The notes under the pieces: generated by a model
The model's database searches: none
Seen by the model: only the letters and a program-made list of their open reading frames with translations
Told to the model about the DNA's origin: nothing
DNA from: Ruditapes philippinarum
Taxonomy: Eukaryota
Assembly (NCBI RefSeq): GCF_026571515.1
Contig: NW_026862330.1
Coordinates: forward strand, 248,001-312,000
Length of the DNA stretch: 64,000 bases
Reading direction: 5' to 3'
Part shown: positions 36,642-50,484 of the stretch, piece after piece
Layout: each line of letters opens with the position of its first letter
Numbering within the stretch: position 1 is the first letter of the stretch
Made by a program: the position numbers and the translations under genes

Positions 36642-39270
36642 TTATACGACCTTGAAATCGTCATATGAATTCTTGCATGAACAGTACCCTGGTATGTTGA
36701 ATAGATCAAATCGGAAGTTGTTGTTTTCATCGTACCCTAGGAGTGTAATGGTTTTGTTTTCTAACGTACATTTTCCTTGACAGCTCCCTTTTCCCCTGAA
36801 ATATAGCATTTTGTTTTTGAACAAAGGCAGTTTATTTATCATATAATTATATAACTCCACCCCTTTAAAAGACCTGTTTAGCTATATTTAATATATGTTT
36901 CTTATTCATTCATGTAGAATAAATCACTTGACATCATTTTATAAAATATCATTTCCAAGTAAGGTGCGTCATTTATTAATTAAAACATAGAATGATATAT
37001 GTAGGTATTACTTAATGTTTACAAACTTTGATTAAGATACTTACGAACAGTTAGCAAGCGGCATATACTGATACATTGTCTTGGAATCGACGGTGAGATT
37101 CACTATCGTCATCATTCTATCATGAATGTTAAACATCTTCTTAACGTATGTATGCTTTATTTCCCTAGAGAATATAAAACATTTAAACATTATTGGCTTT
37201 TATTACAATATAACCGAAACATTTACTTACGCAATAAATCTTTATGGAAAAACATTGCAACAATTCGTTAACTGTTGTTAATAATTCACAAAACTTAAAG
37301 CAAGATCTGTTTGTAAAACGTTCCATTTATTCCCAGTTTCAATGCAAATAATCAAGGCATAAATCAAATATTTCAAGGCATAAAAAACATTATCGATTAA
37401 ATAATTGAAATAGTTTTGATTTGCTGCTATCATTACTTCTTGCAAATTTATTTATTTTGTGCTTAGACTGCTGGGCAGCAAATTATATTACTTTTGCGAC
37501 CAGTGAAGACAAAGACCAGCCTATGCTAGCCAGCCTATCAAAGTCTATGCCGTCTGATCGCCGTCTGCATAGTTGGCTATTCAGTCAGTGCGTTTTTCGA
37601 TTTTCCCTTAAAATGATAAATGATTTTGTCTTGCTTGAAAGATGTACAAGTCCATTTCAGATATTAAGTGCTGCGACTTCATTGATATTTTCAATCTTTT
37701 GTATTATTCTAAAGTAATACGAAAAGACTTTTTCAAACCGAGCTATACTTATTAGTTGGGCGTTCTTTATGGTTTTCGATTAATCTGNNNNNNNNNNNNN
37801 NNNNNNNNNNNNNNNNNNNNNNNNNNNNNNNNNNNNNNNNNNNNNNNNNNNNNNNNNNNNNNNNNNNNNNNNNNNNNNNNNNNNNNNNNNNNNNNNNNNN
37901 NNNNNNNNNNNNNNNNNNNNNNNNNNNNNNNNNNNNNNNNNNNNNNNNNNNNNNNNNNNNNNNNNNNNNNNNNNNNNNNNNNNNNNNNNNNNNNNNNNNN
38001 NNNNNNNNNNNNNNNNNNNNNNNNNNNNNNNNNNNNNNNNNNNNNNNNNNNNNNNNNNNNNNNNNNNNNNNNNNNNNNNNNNNNNNNNNNNNNNNNNNNN
38101 NNNNNNNNNNNNNNNNNNNNNNNNNNNNNNNNNNNNNNNNNNNNNNNNNNNNNNNNNNNNNNNNNNNNNNNNNNNNNNNNNNNNNNNNNNNNNNNNNNNN
38201 NNNNNNNNNNNNNNNNNNNNNNNNNNNNNNNNNNNNNNNNNNNNNNNNNNNNNNNNNNNNNNNNNNNNNNNNNNNAGGGGGAACCCCAGCTTATAATTCC
38301 TGAAATACCCTCTAGCAAACTTTTTAAAACATGAACAAATCAAACATATAAATAGGAGAAAATACATACGTTGGACAGCAAACGTCCCCGTCGTGCATTG
38401 TTCGTTCAGAATTTGTATTATGAAGTTCTTCCCTATCTAATGGTGTGTGTTGAATTGCGTTATCGGTATTATCAAATGCATCAATTTCTTTTTCTGAAAA
38501 GAACATGCCTTTCAACATTTCTATATCTCTGTCAGTTCTGAAATTGTCAGTAACATAATATCATATAGTTTTACCAATAAATTACTACACATATTAGTTA
38601 TTGTAGTAAATTATTGGGTCATAAGCTATGACAACTTGTGCACACAAATCAAAGTGGCAATGTTATGCTATGTTGACAAATTCATTTTCATAAGTGAGAG
38701 ATTATTATTGAACACTTAACGCTTAAATCGGTTTATAAAATTCCATGTTGGGTTCTATTAATTACAAATAAATAGTGGCATTATCAATTCGTAAGGAAAT
38801 CACTATTTTTGATCACTAATTCTTTTTCTTTAAAGTTATTGCTCATCTCTACTTTAGAGGCGTTGTAAACGTTTAAAATCTAAGGTCAAATAGATTAAAT
38901 GAAATAATTTTATAAATTTGAAAATGAATGTTACTGTTTCAAGGACGATTAACATTCAAAGAAGAGAGCCTTTCAATATATGTCAATATAAGCGCTATTC
39001 ATACTAAGCTTTTTAATCGTATATTTTTAAAAAATATAAAGTACCCTCACTATTCCGAGTTCCCGTATCCTCGAATCAGCGATGTAATGCTTCCCTTTCC
39101 GTAAATAAGAAACGTCCTTACCTTGTTTTTATGTCACATGGGCCTTTTAGACAATCCTGTAAGTAATTCGCTTTAAATCGTGGTGGTAAATTGATGGGGA
39201 AACATAAAGCGAAATAAATACTGTAACTGATAAATAAATTTATCTTCAAAGCACATGGTAACAATTTCAT
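36642..39270 (-). CDS. Spaetzle-like secreted cystine-knot protein, paralog D (196 aa, 4 exons; intron 2 contains the assembly gap)
   Basis: Exons 39270-39122, 38537-38370, 37164-37045 and 36795-36642 (149+168+120+154=591 nt), GT-AG, phase 2. Signal MKLLPCALKINLFISYSIYFALC; CLKGPCDIK; knot HDGDVCCPTEIKHTYVKKMFNIHDRMMTIVNLTVDSKTMYQYMPLANCSGKGSCQGKCTLENKTITLLGYDENNNFRFDLFNIPGYCSCKNSYDDFKVV*. Confidence 0.8.
37788..38275. other. Assembly gap (488 N)
   Basis: Run of n characters. Confidence 1.
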
Positions 39271-42025
39271 TTCCGTAAGATTTTTAACTCAGCAAAGTTT
39301 GATGATTCCAAAGAACTATTCGATGATTTGAATATGAATAAGAGAATGAATTCGAACAGTTTAAATACATTTGAGACTTGTCCATTTATTATTTATAACC
39401 TCTAAAAGTACTCCAAATAACTGGACATCAAAGAGAATAATTGACTTCAAGTTTGGAAAATGATCTATAAACCACTTGGCAAGTGGAAATGTACCACTTA
39501 CAAAAAGCCCCTAAGATATATAAAGGTAAAACATTGGCTGTCCCTGAAGCTCACATAAAAGCCCCAGTATAAAATATATAACGCATTATATGCACTTATG
39601 CCGATAAAATTTCAGAAAAGCGGGTGATGGACCTTTCCAGTTTTTTGCAGCGGAACATTTAGCCACACCCTTTCCATTCATTGCAAGATCAACTGCTCAC
39701 AAACAGTATCACAAACATAACCACGTGTTCTTTTGTGCAAACCAGGTCAACCAGTGACTATGTATTATATTAGTTTAGCAACTGGATAACAAGTTAACCA
39801 ATGTACATTAAACTGTAAACACTATAAAGGTCCATTAAGACACATGCTATTGTCTATTTTGTTTAGTATTACGTCTTTGTCATTTGCACGCTGCACCGTT
39901 TTTTACGCTTTTGTTATCGCGAGCACAAACGAAATCAAAAACTATTAATGTGTCGAAGTACTGTTGAATCCATGTTGACACTATGTAACGAGCATAAACT
40001 ACTGAAAATATGTACAGAAAAAATCTTTTGTGAGGTTAATGTTGTTGTAAGTTGTTTTCAGTTATACATAGACAGATACTGTATAATAGAAATGTTAAAA
40101 CTTTGCATTGCCTTAAAATAATATATCAGAATCCTTTTAAGTGGTCACCGAACTCGTTTTAGAGTTATCTGCATTCGAATTTGAAAAGTTATACACATTT
40201 AATGGTAGATAATTCACAAGGTTAGTAAGGTCTTAGTTCTTTCTTCTTTTTTATGTAGCTTACTTCCTTTCAAATGATTTTGCAAAACTTCAAGAAAAAG
40301 TGTACAGCGTATCGTTTTGTTGTTGTCAATTTACTCAAAGATAGTTACTTTTTTAAAAGAGTGTTGTTTACTATACATTAGATAATAAAGGGAACACAAA
40401 TGTAACGAAATTCCATTGTGAACATGGACTCAAAGCATAGTAAATTTTACTGCTTTATACGTGTAGTATGATCTATATAAAATTTTGTACAATCACTTGG
40501 AAATATGCGAGCCGGTATTAAGTGATAGAAAAACTAACGGATTGTAAGGAGTATTAGAATAATCCTTTAGGCGGCAGATTCTAGACGGGCAAATTAAACC
40601 ACATCATCACGACAGTCGATACCTTAGTGAATATCTACATGGTAATACATGTACCACCGTGCATATGCAGTAACGAAGGAATGTGCAATTAAGGTAAAAG
40701 TAACGCCCACTCTCTGCAACGCTATTGCCAAAACAAATAACATAGTAAGTAAAGGAACCAAAATATTTTATTTTATAAATAAAATTTAAAGAAATGAATT
40801 AGCGCATACGGTTGTACGACATTATACTTTAACCAGCATTACAATTTTGTCAGGAATATGTTTACTTTTTAGATCATTCGAGAGAAAGACAGCCCGATAA
40901 CTGTTTTAATGGTGACTTTTGTGTTTCGTCAAATAAATATGTACATTTAACGCATTAAAAATTAAAAACTTTTTTTTGTCACATCCTGTATACCTAAGAC
41001 ATTTGTTAAACTACATGTGTCATATAACAATAGAAGAAAACTGGTAAAATAGGATTTAGCTATTTTTAATAAGATAACTCTTGTGGCTTCAGTGCTTCAT
41101 TCACGAATTCGGTGTTACCTCGTAAAAATGGTTGTCTACTAAACTAAGTGTAATATGACACGAGTAGATTGGAAAATGTCTCAGGTACACCGAATATAAA
41201 AAATCATAAAGTAATATGTATGTTAATATATTTAACAATATCAACGAAACTAAAAATTGCCATCAAAACGCTAATCAGCTTGTCATTTTCACGAATGATC
41301 TTGAAAAATGAACATTTTATTGGAAATATTTTTGATGAGGTTAATGTCTAAGCAACCGTATGTGCTAACTCATTTCGTCCGTTTTGGCGTACAATAAAAA
41401 TATTGGTCCATTTACTTACCGCGGTGCTCGCTTAAGCCACTAAATTGCACAAATCTGCGTTACTTTTGCACAATTCCTGCGTTATTTGCACGTTCCTGCG
41501 TTACGGGATATACAGGATAGTGCACCGTTATAGCATTGATTAACATGGAGTTTGCAGGGTTTCAAAAATATCAGACGAGCTGTATTTTCTCCGGATATCA
41601 CTAATTTGGACTTTACAGTATTCAATGAATTGAAATCGAGACTAAGTTGAATCAGATAATCAGGTACGTGGCTCAGATCCTAAAACAAACATTCACACAA
41701 CTGTTATTTGACACAACAAACATATTGTGTAAAAGTTCATATTTTGCAATATTATGTAAAGTGTTTATATCATGTATGAAAACAAAATCAACAAGGAAGG
41801 GCGGTTTTCAACGAACGTATCTCCCAACACATGACTAATGGCAAGGAGCCCAATACGACACCAAACACGACAGGGTACGTTGCGTTTATAATGCATTCAG
41901 AATGATACAGTTCGTTAATAATGAATTATATATTTTATAATATTTTCGTATGTTTTAAACATTATCAAATACATGAAAAGTGTGATCATTCAATGGTAGT
42001 GTGAAGTATATATCAACAACAGCAC

Positions 42026-44977
42026 TCATGATGCTTTGCATGAACAATATCCAGGAACAACAAATTGATCAAATTCAAGAGCTAAACTGGCTGAGTTAAA
42101 AGTCAAAATTGTTTGGATCACTGGTTCAACTACACATTGTCCGTCACAAATACCACTTCTCCTGAAATCAAAGACAATACATGGCAAGTTAGAAGCTTCC
42201 CTATATTTGTGTGAACACAATCATTCTTAATTTTTGCATTTATTTCTGTGCTTAGCCATTGTCATTTCGAGATGATATTTTCAAACCTTAAATGTTGAAA
42301 GACAACAAAATGAATTAGAAAAACCCTTAACGATATTTTAATGTATGTTTTATACAGTCAAACTATAAGTAAAATATAACTATTATTTTCATTGTAACTA
42401 AACCATATATTAGAGATAGGTGATACTGCGTTTATACTCCTCAAGGTACGTTTGACATTATTTATATTATCACAACCACACTCTGACTATATTATGGTAG
42501 CTTACAAAAGTTTACGCTTACTAGGTCTAGAGATCAAATGTTCAAATTTTACATGCTGTAAACATGTTCAATACATTATTACTAACATCGCTTGTGTCAT
42601 ACGCACTGAACTATCTATGTGATTGATTGGGAAGGAGTAGACAGTTTAGTAAAAATTTGAAAAATAAGATCATCAAGAAAGGGCGGCACTCAATGAACGT
42701 CTCTCCCATCACAGGATTACAAGCAAGAAACCCAATAGGACACCAAATACGACAGGACACAAAACCTCAGTGCCAGTAAATAAAATTAGCAACAATCGTC
42801 CGATACTTGCCCGTAACAAACTTGTGTGTTGTTATCAATTAACTCATGCAATTTGATACGGTATTTGTCTTTACATTGTTATCTGAGATGAAAAATATGG
42901 CCTCTAGAAACTGTTATATCTTTTTTTAGTATTTGTGTTTAACATTAAGGTTAACAAGTTGGTACATAAAAAAGTAAAATGCAACAGTGTTTAGTATTAA
43001 GCTCGATAGATATTCATTACAAAGTAAGTTACTTACAAACAACTTCCATGAGGTACGAACTGATATTTTGGAGGCATATGTACAATAAACTTTTTTTGTC
43101 CATAAATGTTTTTCATCGTCGTATTTATAAATGTCTGTACTTTCCTGAAAAAAAGTTTAAAATCATCACGCACAGTTTTATTATTTGCTCGATTTGCGCC
43201 CAATGAAAAGAAAACAACCACTTTGGATAAAACGAATTATTGTTTCTGCTACAAGAAGGTGAATCGTGGAACAAATGTTCTCTCGAAGTTAATTCTAAGA
43301 GCATAAAGTAAAAATATACTGGAGAATCACTTGTACGTTAGGCGAATAACTGCCAGATTCCATGCGCTTGGAAATTACTGAACATGTTTCTAAATATGTG
43401 AGTCGCTGATTTTTTTCTAATATTGTGACTGGTGTTGAAAGCAGGTTTCGCTATTTAAGGCAATACGCATATGTATCAATAAGATTAGGGCCACTTAAAA
43501 TGTTCGTCAAGCGATTGACAAGTGTTTTCACGTTTTACTTTTTTCAATACCCGTGAAACTTTTTTCAATTTCCTGTTTCTATGGCCGTTCTGAGGCCTTT
43601 CTGTCACAACAAGAATAATAAAGATATCGTATTCAGAAAAGAATTAAAAATTACTTCAATCAAGTTCGTTTATCGACTGGTATGAAATGCCTGCATTTGG
43701 CACCATGTGACTTAATTCCTCTTTCCTTAAAACTGCTTACAGGGCATCGTTCATTGGTAGAAATTGACTTGGGTCGGGTATTCTTTCAGGTATTCAAAGG
43801 TTTACATAAGGAGGACTTCGGTGAGCATTTTAAACTTTGGAATAAATGTCTGAAAATTAGTATTGTAGTAGCAGTAAATCATATCTTAGTGTTGAAACTG
43901 AAAATTGTAAAATACTTGCTCTTAGATTTAATTTATTGTCCATATTGCATTACATATTGGCCTACCCTTGTACATGGTTAAACGAATATATCTTATAATC
44001 AGGAAAACAATCAAACGACATGTTGTACCATGATTTCTTTATTTAGATTAACATACTCTTGATAATAGCATGGAAATGTTATTGAACTTGGAATAAAAAG
44101 TTATAAAGATACGTTAAGAGGCTACTTACGTCTCACAGCATGAATCACCGTCACCTAACAACCCAACTGGAAGGTGAACATCTTGTTTCTGTAAATAGTT
44201 CTGTCTTGTTGTTTTAAACTGTGTCCATTTTTCCTTAGCCTCTTCACGGGAATAAAATAGACCTGGGAATCGCCATGATATATAACTGTAACTAAAATTA
44301 AAATATATGACACAACGTTTTAACCCTTAAATAACTTATTTTAATAAAAACTAAAAGAACTTTTACAATTTGTTCTCTATCAAATTTTTATATTTATCTA
44401 ACAGTTTTACCGATCAAAATGTGTTAATGGCTGATTTTCATTTTACATTAATTACGACACAAGAAAGTATTAAAGCCCTTTACACAAAACAATATTATAC
44501 AAGAGTAAATAACACTTTGACGTGACGTCAATTACGTAATAAAACAATTAGCGTTATATACGCATTTCACTTTATGCGCGTCAATGAAACATAATTCGTT
44601 TTAACTGTTAACCGTTCTTATTTTGGATATGTGATAAAACAAAGAATATATTCGTGTATATTCAATATTAAATTTATTTATCTTGTGAAATAAAACAATA
44701 TTTTGTTCGCCAGAAGCATAATGAGATTTCTTTTCAACTAGTTCAAAAAATCTAGTGCTAAACCTACATGAAAATCTAAAACTTTATAAGATTAACGGAG
44801 AAGTAGAGTGTATTACTTAACTTACCTGTATTTTCCACACGTGTACTCTTGGCATAGTGTTGCCTCACTTGTGCTCGGCTGTCTTGTCCTTTTTAAAAGA
44901 CGACCAAGTTTTCTGTAATCAGATGCACAACACGCAATAATCACTAATATAATAAAAATTCTAAACCAAGTAGCCAT
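42026..44977 (-). CDS. Spaetzle-like secreted cystine-knot protein, paralog E (183 aa, 4 exons)
   Basis: Exons 44977-44826, 44285-44130, 43144-43037 and 42161-42026 (152+156+108+136=552 nt), GT-AG, phase 2. Signal MATWFRIFIILVIIACCAS; CQEYTCGKY; knot GDGDSCCETKVQTFINTTMKNIYGQKKFIVHMPPKYQFVPHGSCLRSGICDGQCVVEPVIQTILTFNSASLALEFDQFVVPGYCSCKAS*. Confidence 0.88.
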
Positions 44978-47900
44978 AACAGACCAAAATATGTTAACTA
45001 TATAAAAAGACCGTTTTTAACAACTTTTACTATCAACGTATAAAATGATTATATTAAATGAATATAAACGTGTTTACTTTCTTAACAACCTTGACGTACA
45101 AATGTATATGATAATTGACTCAAAGGTCCCTCCTCTTTTCCAGTCGGGTTGATGTATTACGTGTAAAATATGTAGATATGCAAAATATGTAAGGTTACTT
45201 TAATTAATTCTTATACCTCAGCAATCAACCAACAATCAATGACAAAGTTAACATCAAGATAGCCCACATTCTGCTTTTAATATTTTTGGTTTCATCAATT
45301 ACCAACCTACCGTAACAATCTCCAGCTAAATTTTTTGTTATTGCCACCTGTACGTAAAAAATACGATTGCTCAATCCACAAAATAAAAAAAATCTGATGT
45401 AAAAATGAAATCAATAAAAATACATATCTTTAGTTTATCTGTAAGAAGTCATTTCGCTATATTCATTTAACATTAACGGAATGTTGTTTTCATCAAACCA
45501 CATACATCCAAAGTAAATGCGTAGATAATTCAATGTATATTAAACATGCCTTGTGGTATAATCGGCTAAGCCGTTTATCTGATATGTCAACCAAAACATT
45601 GTATTTTGTATAAAAATTACATATTTATTATCTAAGTGTGCAATGAACTAAAAATTAGACACATTATCTAAAATAATGAAGATAACAAAATTTCATTATC
45701 GTGTTTAACATAAGAATATAACTAGTATTACAACTATTATTAAAAAGTTCTTTATCTAAATGTTAACTAAATGTAATAGTGTAAAGTTATTTTATATATA
45801 TCTTATAACCCGAAAAAAGTTGGTTGACCCACATGTGTTTCTTTAATAAACTTTTCCTTTCTCCTTTAATAAACTTTTCTTTTCTCATATTCTCAAATCA
45901 TGCAAAGTTAACATAAATTCAGTTTTCATTTTGTCCATATGTCTACATATAACCCATTTGCAGATATACACGCCTTTTAACGCCTTTTTCACACACCCCT
46001 TTTTTGTTGTCTCAAATGGTGAAAAAAATGCCTTATTTAGGCCCCCAACACTTGTTTTTGTTGGAGAAATGTTGTTTAAGAAGTGACCGCCCCCTATCCA
46101 AAAGATACATCAGGGGGTAGCCAGAAGGGATGTGCCCCCTTTTGTTTGAGGGTTTGAAGGAGGGCGACAACGCTGCACATTGCAAATTTGGACTTGTGAG
46201 AGGCAAAAAATGACCCCAGGTCGATCATAAGGTAACTTGTAACCAACGCTGAAAAGCTTTTGACACTATATCAATCCATTGAGAAGTTGCAGCACTTTGA
46301 GTCAATTTTGGTGGAAAAAATCAACGCAAAATGGTGATGTTTTGGCAATTTTTAGAGTCGTCTCGTTGCCCTGGTAACAGGAAGTTTAAGACTGAGCCTC
46401 TTGTTGCAAAGACAATGGTCTAGTCAACATTTGTGCCAAGTTTAATTAGTATTGAAGCAGTTTTATAGTTTAATAGCAATTTGAACTTATAACGGGACCC
46501 TTTTTAATTAAAAGCAGTCATTTCTCACAAAATGCTCATGCTCAAGCAGAAATGAGTTAACTGTTAAAAAAAGAATTCCGTATTCCGTTATATATCGGAC
46601 AAGGCGTTTGAATGATTAAATGTTAAAGCATCGCCTTTTCAACCGCCAAAGTTCATTTCGAAACATCTAATTCATCTTTTCACGCCGATTTATATACGAA
46701 AATGAATCAAAACTGTCAGAATCGGCGAAAAATGCTATATATTTCTACTTTGTGATCATAATTTCTGCAAGCGTCTAGAGGGACTGCTCCATAACTGTAG
46801 TGAGATGTATCCGCTTTTATTTGACAAAGTTTTTATTTTCGCGTTAACGTCACGTTCCGTTTAGCGTATAGTTAAACGAACGTTGCGTCATATGTTATTT
46901 TATGAACTTCATTATTTTCTGAAGAAGACATAACGCCAAGAGCTAAAGCTAAAGAAAAGCGTTTGTTTTTATTGAACTGATTATATATATTGAAATATTG
47001 AACTGATTATATATGTCACTAAATATGGAAAAAAAAAACAAAAAAAAAGAAAAAAACAACAAAACAGCGCTTTTAGATAGATACATGTACCGTTTGGTTT
47101 TTTCATACCTTTTAAGAGCTTTTTAATTATAATAGAAAAATCAATCGACATAGGAAGAAGATCATAGTTTTGCTTTAGATGGATATTAAATATAGAAAGT
47201 TTGTCTATTGATACAATCTTACAAATATGTTATGCACAATTCGTTTAACTAATTCACTTGTCCTAGTTTGTGATGATGATGATGATGATGATGATGCATC
47301 ATTATTATTTGGTTTAATGGGCGAAAATAAATTCAAGTTCGTAATTGTTCGTGATACGGAAGTGTTTCGTAGACACTTTTTATGCCATAAACCCTTCCCT
47401 GTAATAAATACTTTATGTTTTCATCGTTAGTTTTAATAAAAAAAAATCATCGAATGACGTGGGTATACCACGAAATTATGATAAAAATCACCCCAGGTTA
47501 TTTTATATTTCTTTATTCGGTTATCTTCTCATCACAAAGAAAACAAGGTAAGTTTGGTGTCTGGCTGTATTATCACAGTTATTTATACATTGTTTTTGTA
47601 GATCTATATATCAACGAGGCCAACCTTTTGCATCAATAAGAGGTTATAAATACGTGAATAATAAATACACAAAACAATGTTAATAATAAATACCGCAAAT
47701 TGTCGGATTATCAATTTATATACCGGCTAGGAAATTTTTTAGGATAAATCTGCGCTGTAACACATAGTACTTCGCGCTAATCAATTTAAAAAGGACACTA
47801 CAATTCAAAATTATTATACCCAATTCTTTTTCTTAGGAATTTATTTGTAAAAACAAGAACTTTTCACAAGCAAATTTATAATTCATTTAATTAGGGTAAG

Positions 47901-50484
47901 TTAATTGCTAAATTTTGTATTTATGATTGGGTCGTGACGTTATATTACTGCACACTTTATCACTTAATCTGTTTGTAAACGTCCGTGCAGCTTAAAAATC
48001 TAATTAGGATTAATATCTGTATTTCTTTTTTTCCAATTTTTGAGTTTATCGATTTGTATAAAATGTTTGTTGAATCTACTTCTTTTCGAAACCAATATAT
48101 AGGGTTAGAACATAAACCCTAAAAAGCCAATCGTACCATTGTACATTAGTCTCTCAACCAATACAAAGAATGGGAAAGAAACAAGAATAAGACAGAGGCT
48201 ACTTTTAAAGTTTTAATATAAACTACACAATTTGAAAATTTTCGATATTTAAAAAAAAAAATTGTTTTGTGTTGCTTGTCATATATACAAGTATACAGAA
48301 GTAATAAAAATGTTCATTATAATATTAGATTAAGATTACATTGTACTACAAAACAGCATCTCTTTTTCACAATGAGTTATCGTCTACGTGAGCTTATGAA
48401 ATAGAAAAGTACCCATAATTTCCTTTATGCTATCGTTTCTAAAAACATTTTTAAACAATATCCCATGGGAAAATACTGCGATTATCTCGTTTGACCTGAC
48501 AAATAAAAAGCCGTAAGATATTTAGTAGGTGTTATAACTTTCGAGTAGATCAAGGTTAACACTACCATAAGTTAAAAACAGTAAATTTAATAGGTTTAAA
48601 TATATGATGAAATATCTTGTCAATAAACAATAAATTCTTCTCAATAAGACTTCAGTATGACAGCAGAGTAAGTGTGTTCAAACAAGGAAACAAAGTTACC
48701 GGATTCCATTCATTTTTGTGGCCACTTTAATTCAAAAAGAAGTACCGTAAAAGAGACCAATATATTTTCAAGTTGTCAATTTTATGGCCTAATACGCAAA
48801 TGTTTACGTTGCACAAACAGTTGGGTCTTGCTCTGACTGTACATAGAGCTACAATGATTTAGCATATCCTTGGTACGTCTAAACAAGGCGCAATAAATTA
48901 CAAGTTAAAATCTAACATCTTCGGAGTCATTATGTTTCACAAAAGAAGACGGTGTTTTGACACGTAGTTCATGATGACGTTAAGTTGTTTTATTGCTTGT
49001 TCTATTCAAGCATTTTACATTCTTATTTGTCACTTTATTGTTAGTGTTAACAACACACTTTTCAATATAATACATTTTTTATTAATACATATAATTTAAA
49101 AGGACAAAAATATTCACTACACAAATTGATTGTTTATTTGAACTAACGAAAATAATCAAACCCATAAAAAGTTTACCATATTTCAGCTATGTCATTACAT
49201 TTATCTGTTAACTAAACACTTAAAACTTAAAATGGTTACAGGAATGTGAATTGAAGACGTCATAATTTTAATGCACACCCAGTCAGTAAACTTAGTCTCT
49301 TATTGCGTGCAAACAAAAATATTTCATCATCAAATTTTAGTTAGATGATATAGTACTAAAATGTAAATATTTGACAACGCCAAAATTTGTTATTCATTAA
49401 TTGGCTAAGGGTGTAAAAATAACATTCCTTTAACAAAGTGTTTGTTTAAAAAATTCTAAAAAGCAAGGAAAAAAATCATGACAATAATATGCAAATTGAA
49501 TGCAAATATCATTCAAATATTTTCATAATACAAGTATATTTAAAGTCAATTATATGCCGAGATGGGAACTATCATTATGCAATGATTGTATAATATCCTC
49601 CGTTTAAAATTACATAAAAATACTTTCAGTTTGTTATGATTGAAAAAATCATTTGTTCCGATAACATGTTAATTCTGTATGTTTGTATCTATGCGTTAAT
49701 GTGCGTTTTTATCACATAAACCACGGCGCAGGAGTGTTATAAAGCTATTTAATAAAACGATATTGCACTACAATATAGTGTAATAAAACTACGTAACGTC
49801 ATTTTTATTATTCTAATCGCGCTAATGTTATCGATAGACAAATAAAAATGACTTTTATTTACTGTATACCCTCTTACTTTAGTTATTTAATAAAGAAAAA
49901 AATATATTCGGTAGATTCAATACTAAATTTATTGAAGTCGTTGAATAAAACAATATTATTTATCTCGATCAATAAATTAAGTATTTATCTACACCCATTC
50001 AGTATCCTCTATCAATAATACATGAACGCAATGATCGCACATTCCATTTTTTTTATCTTTTTGTAAACAAATTGTAAATTAATATAGTAATTTTGTTCAT
50101 GAATTTTGTTCATGTATATAATTGTTCACATAAAATGTCAATATGATATTATTGTAATACATATAAATGTAATATTTACTGTTTATATACTGTTTGAAAA
50201 TCGATACAATGTTTGAAGCTGTTCGTTGAGTCATGCAATTAAACAAAGTCACTATAAATTGAAATGCATAAACGTTTCAGATATTTAAAAACAACAAAAA
50301 AAGACAAACAAGTTGACTTAAAATATGTGATATTGTTTGTTTTATTCCACAATCAGTTTACATTTTTAAACGTTTATTTTAGCATAAAATACAGAAAATA
50401 TCAGTAAAGTATATAGAATTAATTGTATCACAGAAAAAGCTCTTATAAAAATCAAGTGTCAACGTCTTTTGGTGTATCAATTTT

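Noticed and set aside
37756-38367. ORFs of 183-195 aa made of X
   Set aside because: Artefacts of the N gap.
31460-45100. CRE-like TGACG half-sites upstream of several paralogs
   Set aside because: Five-mers at variable positions are expected by chance, and no shared promoter block is visible.
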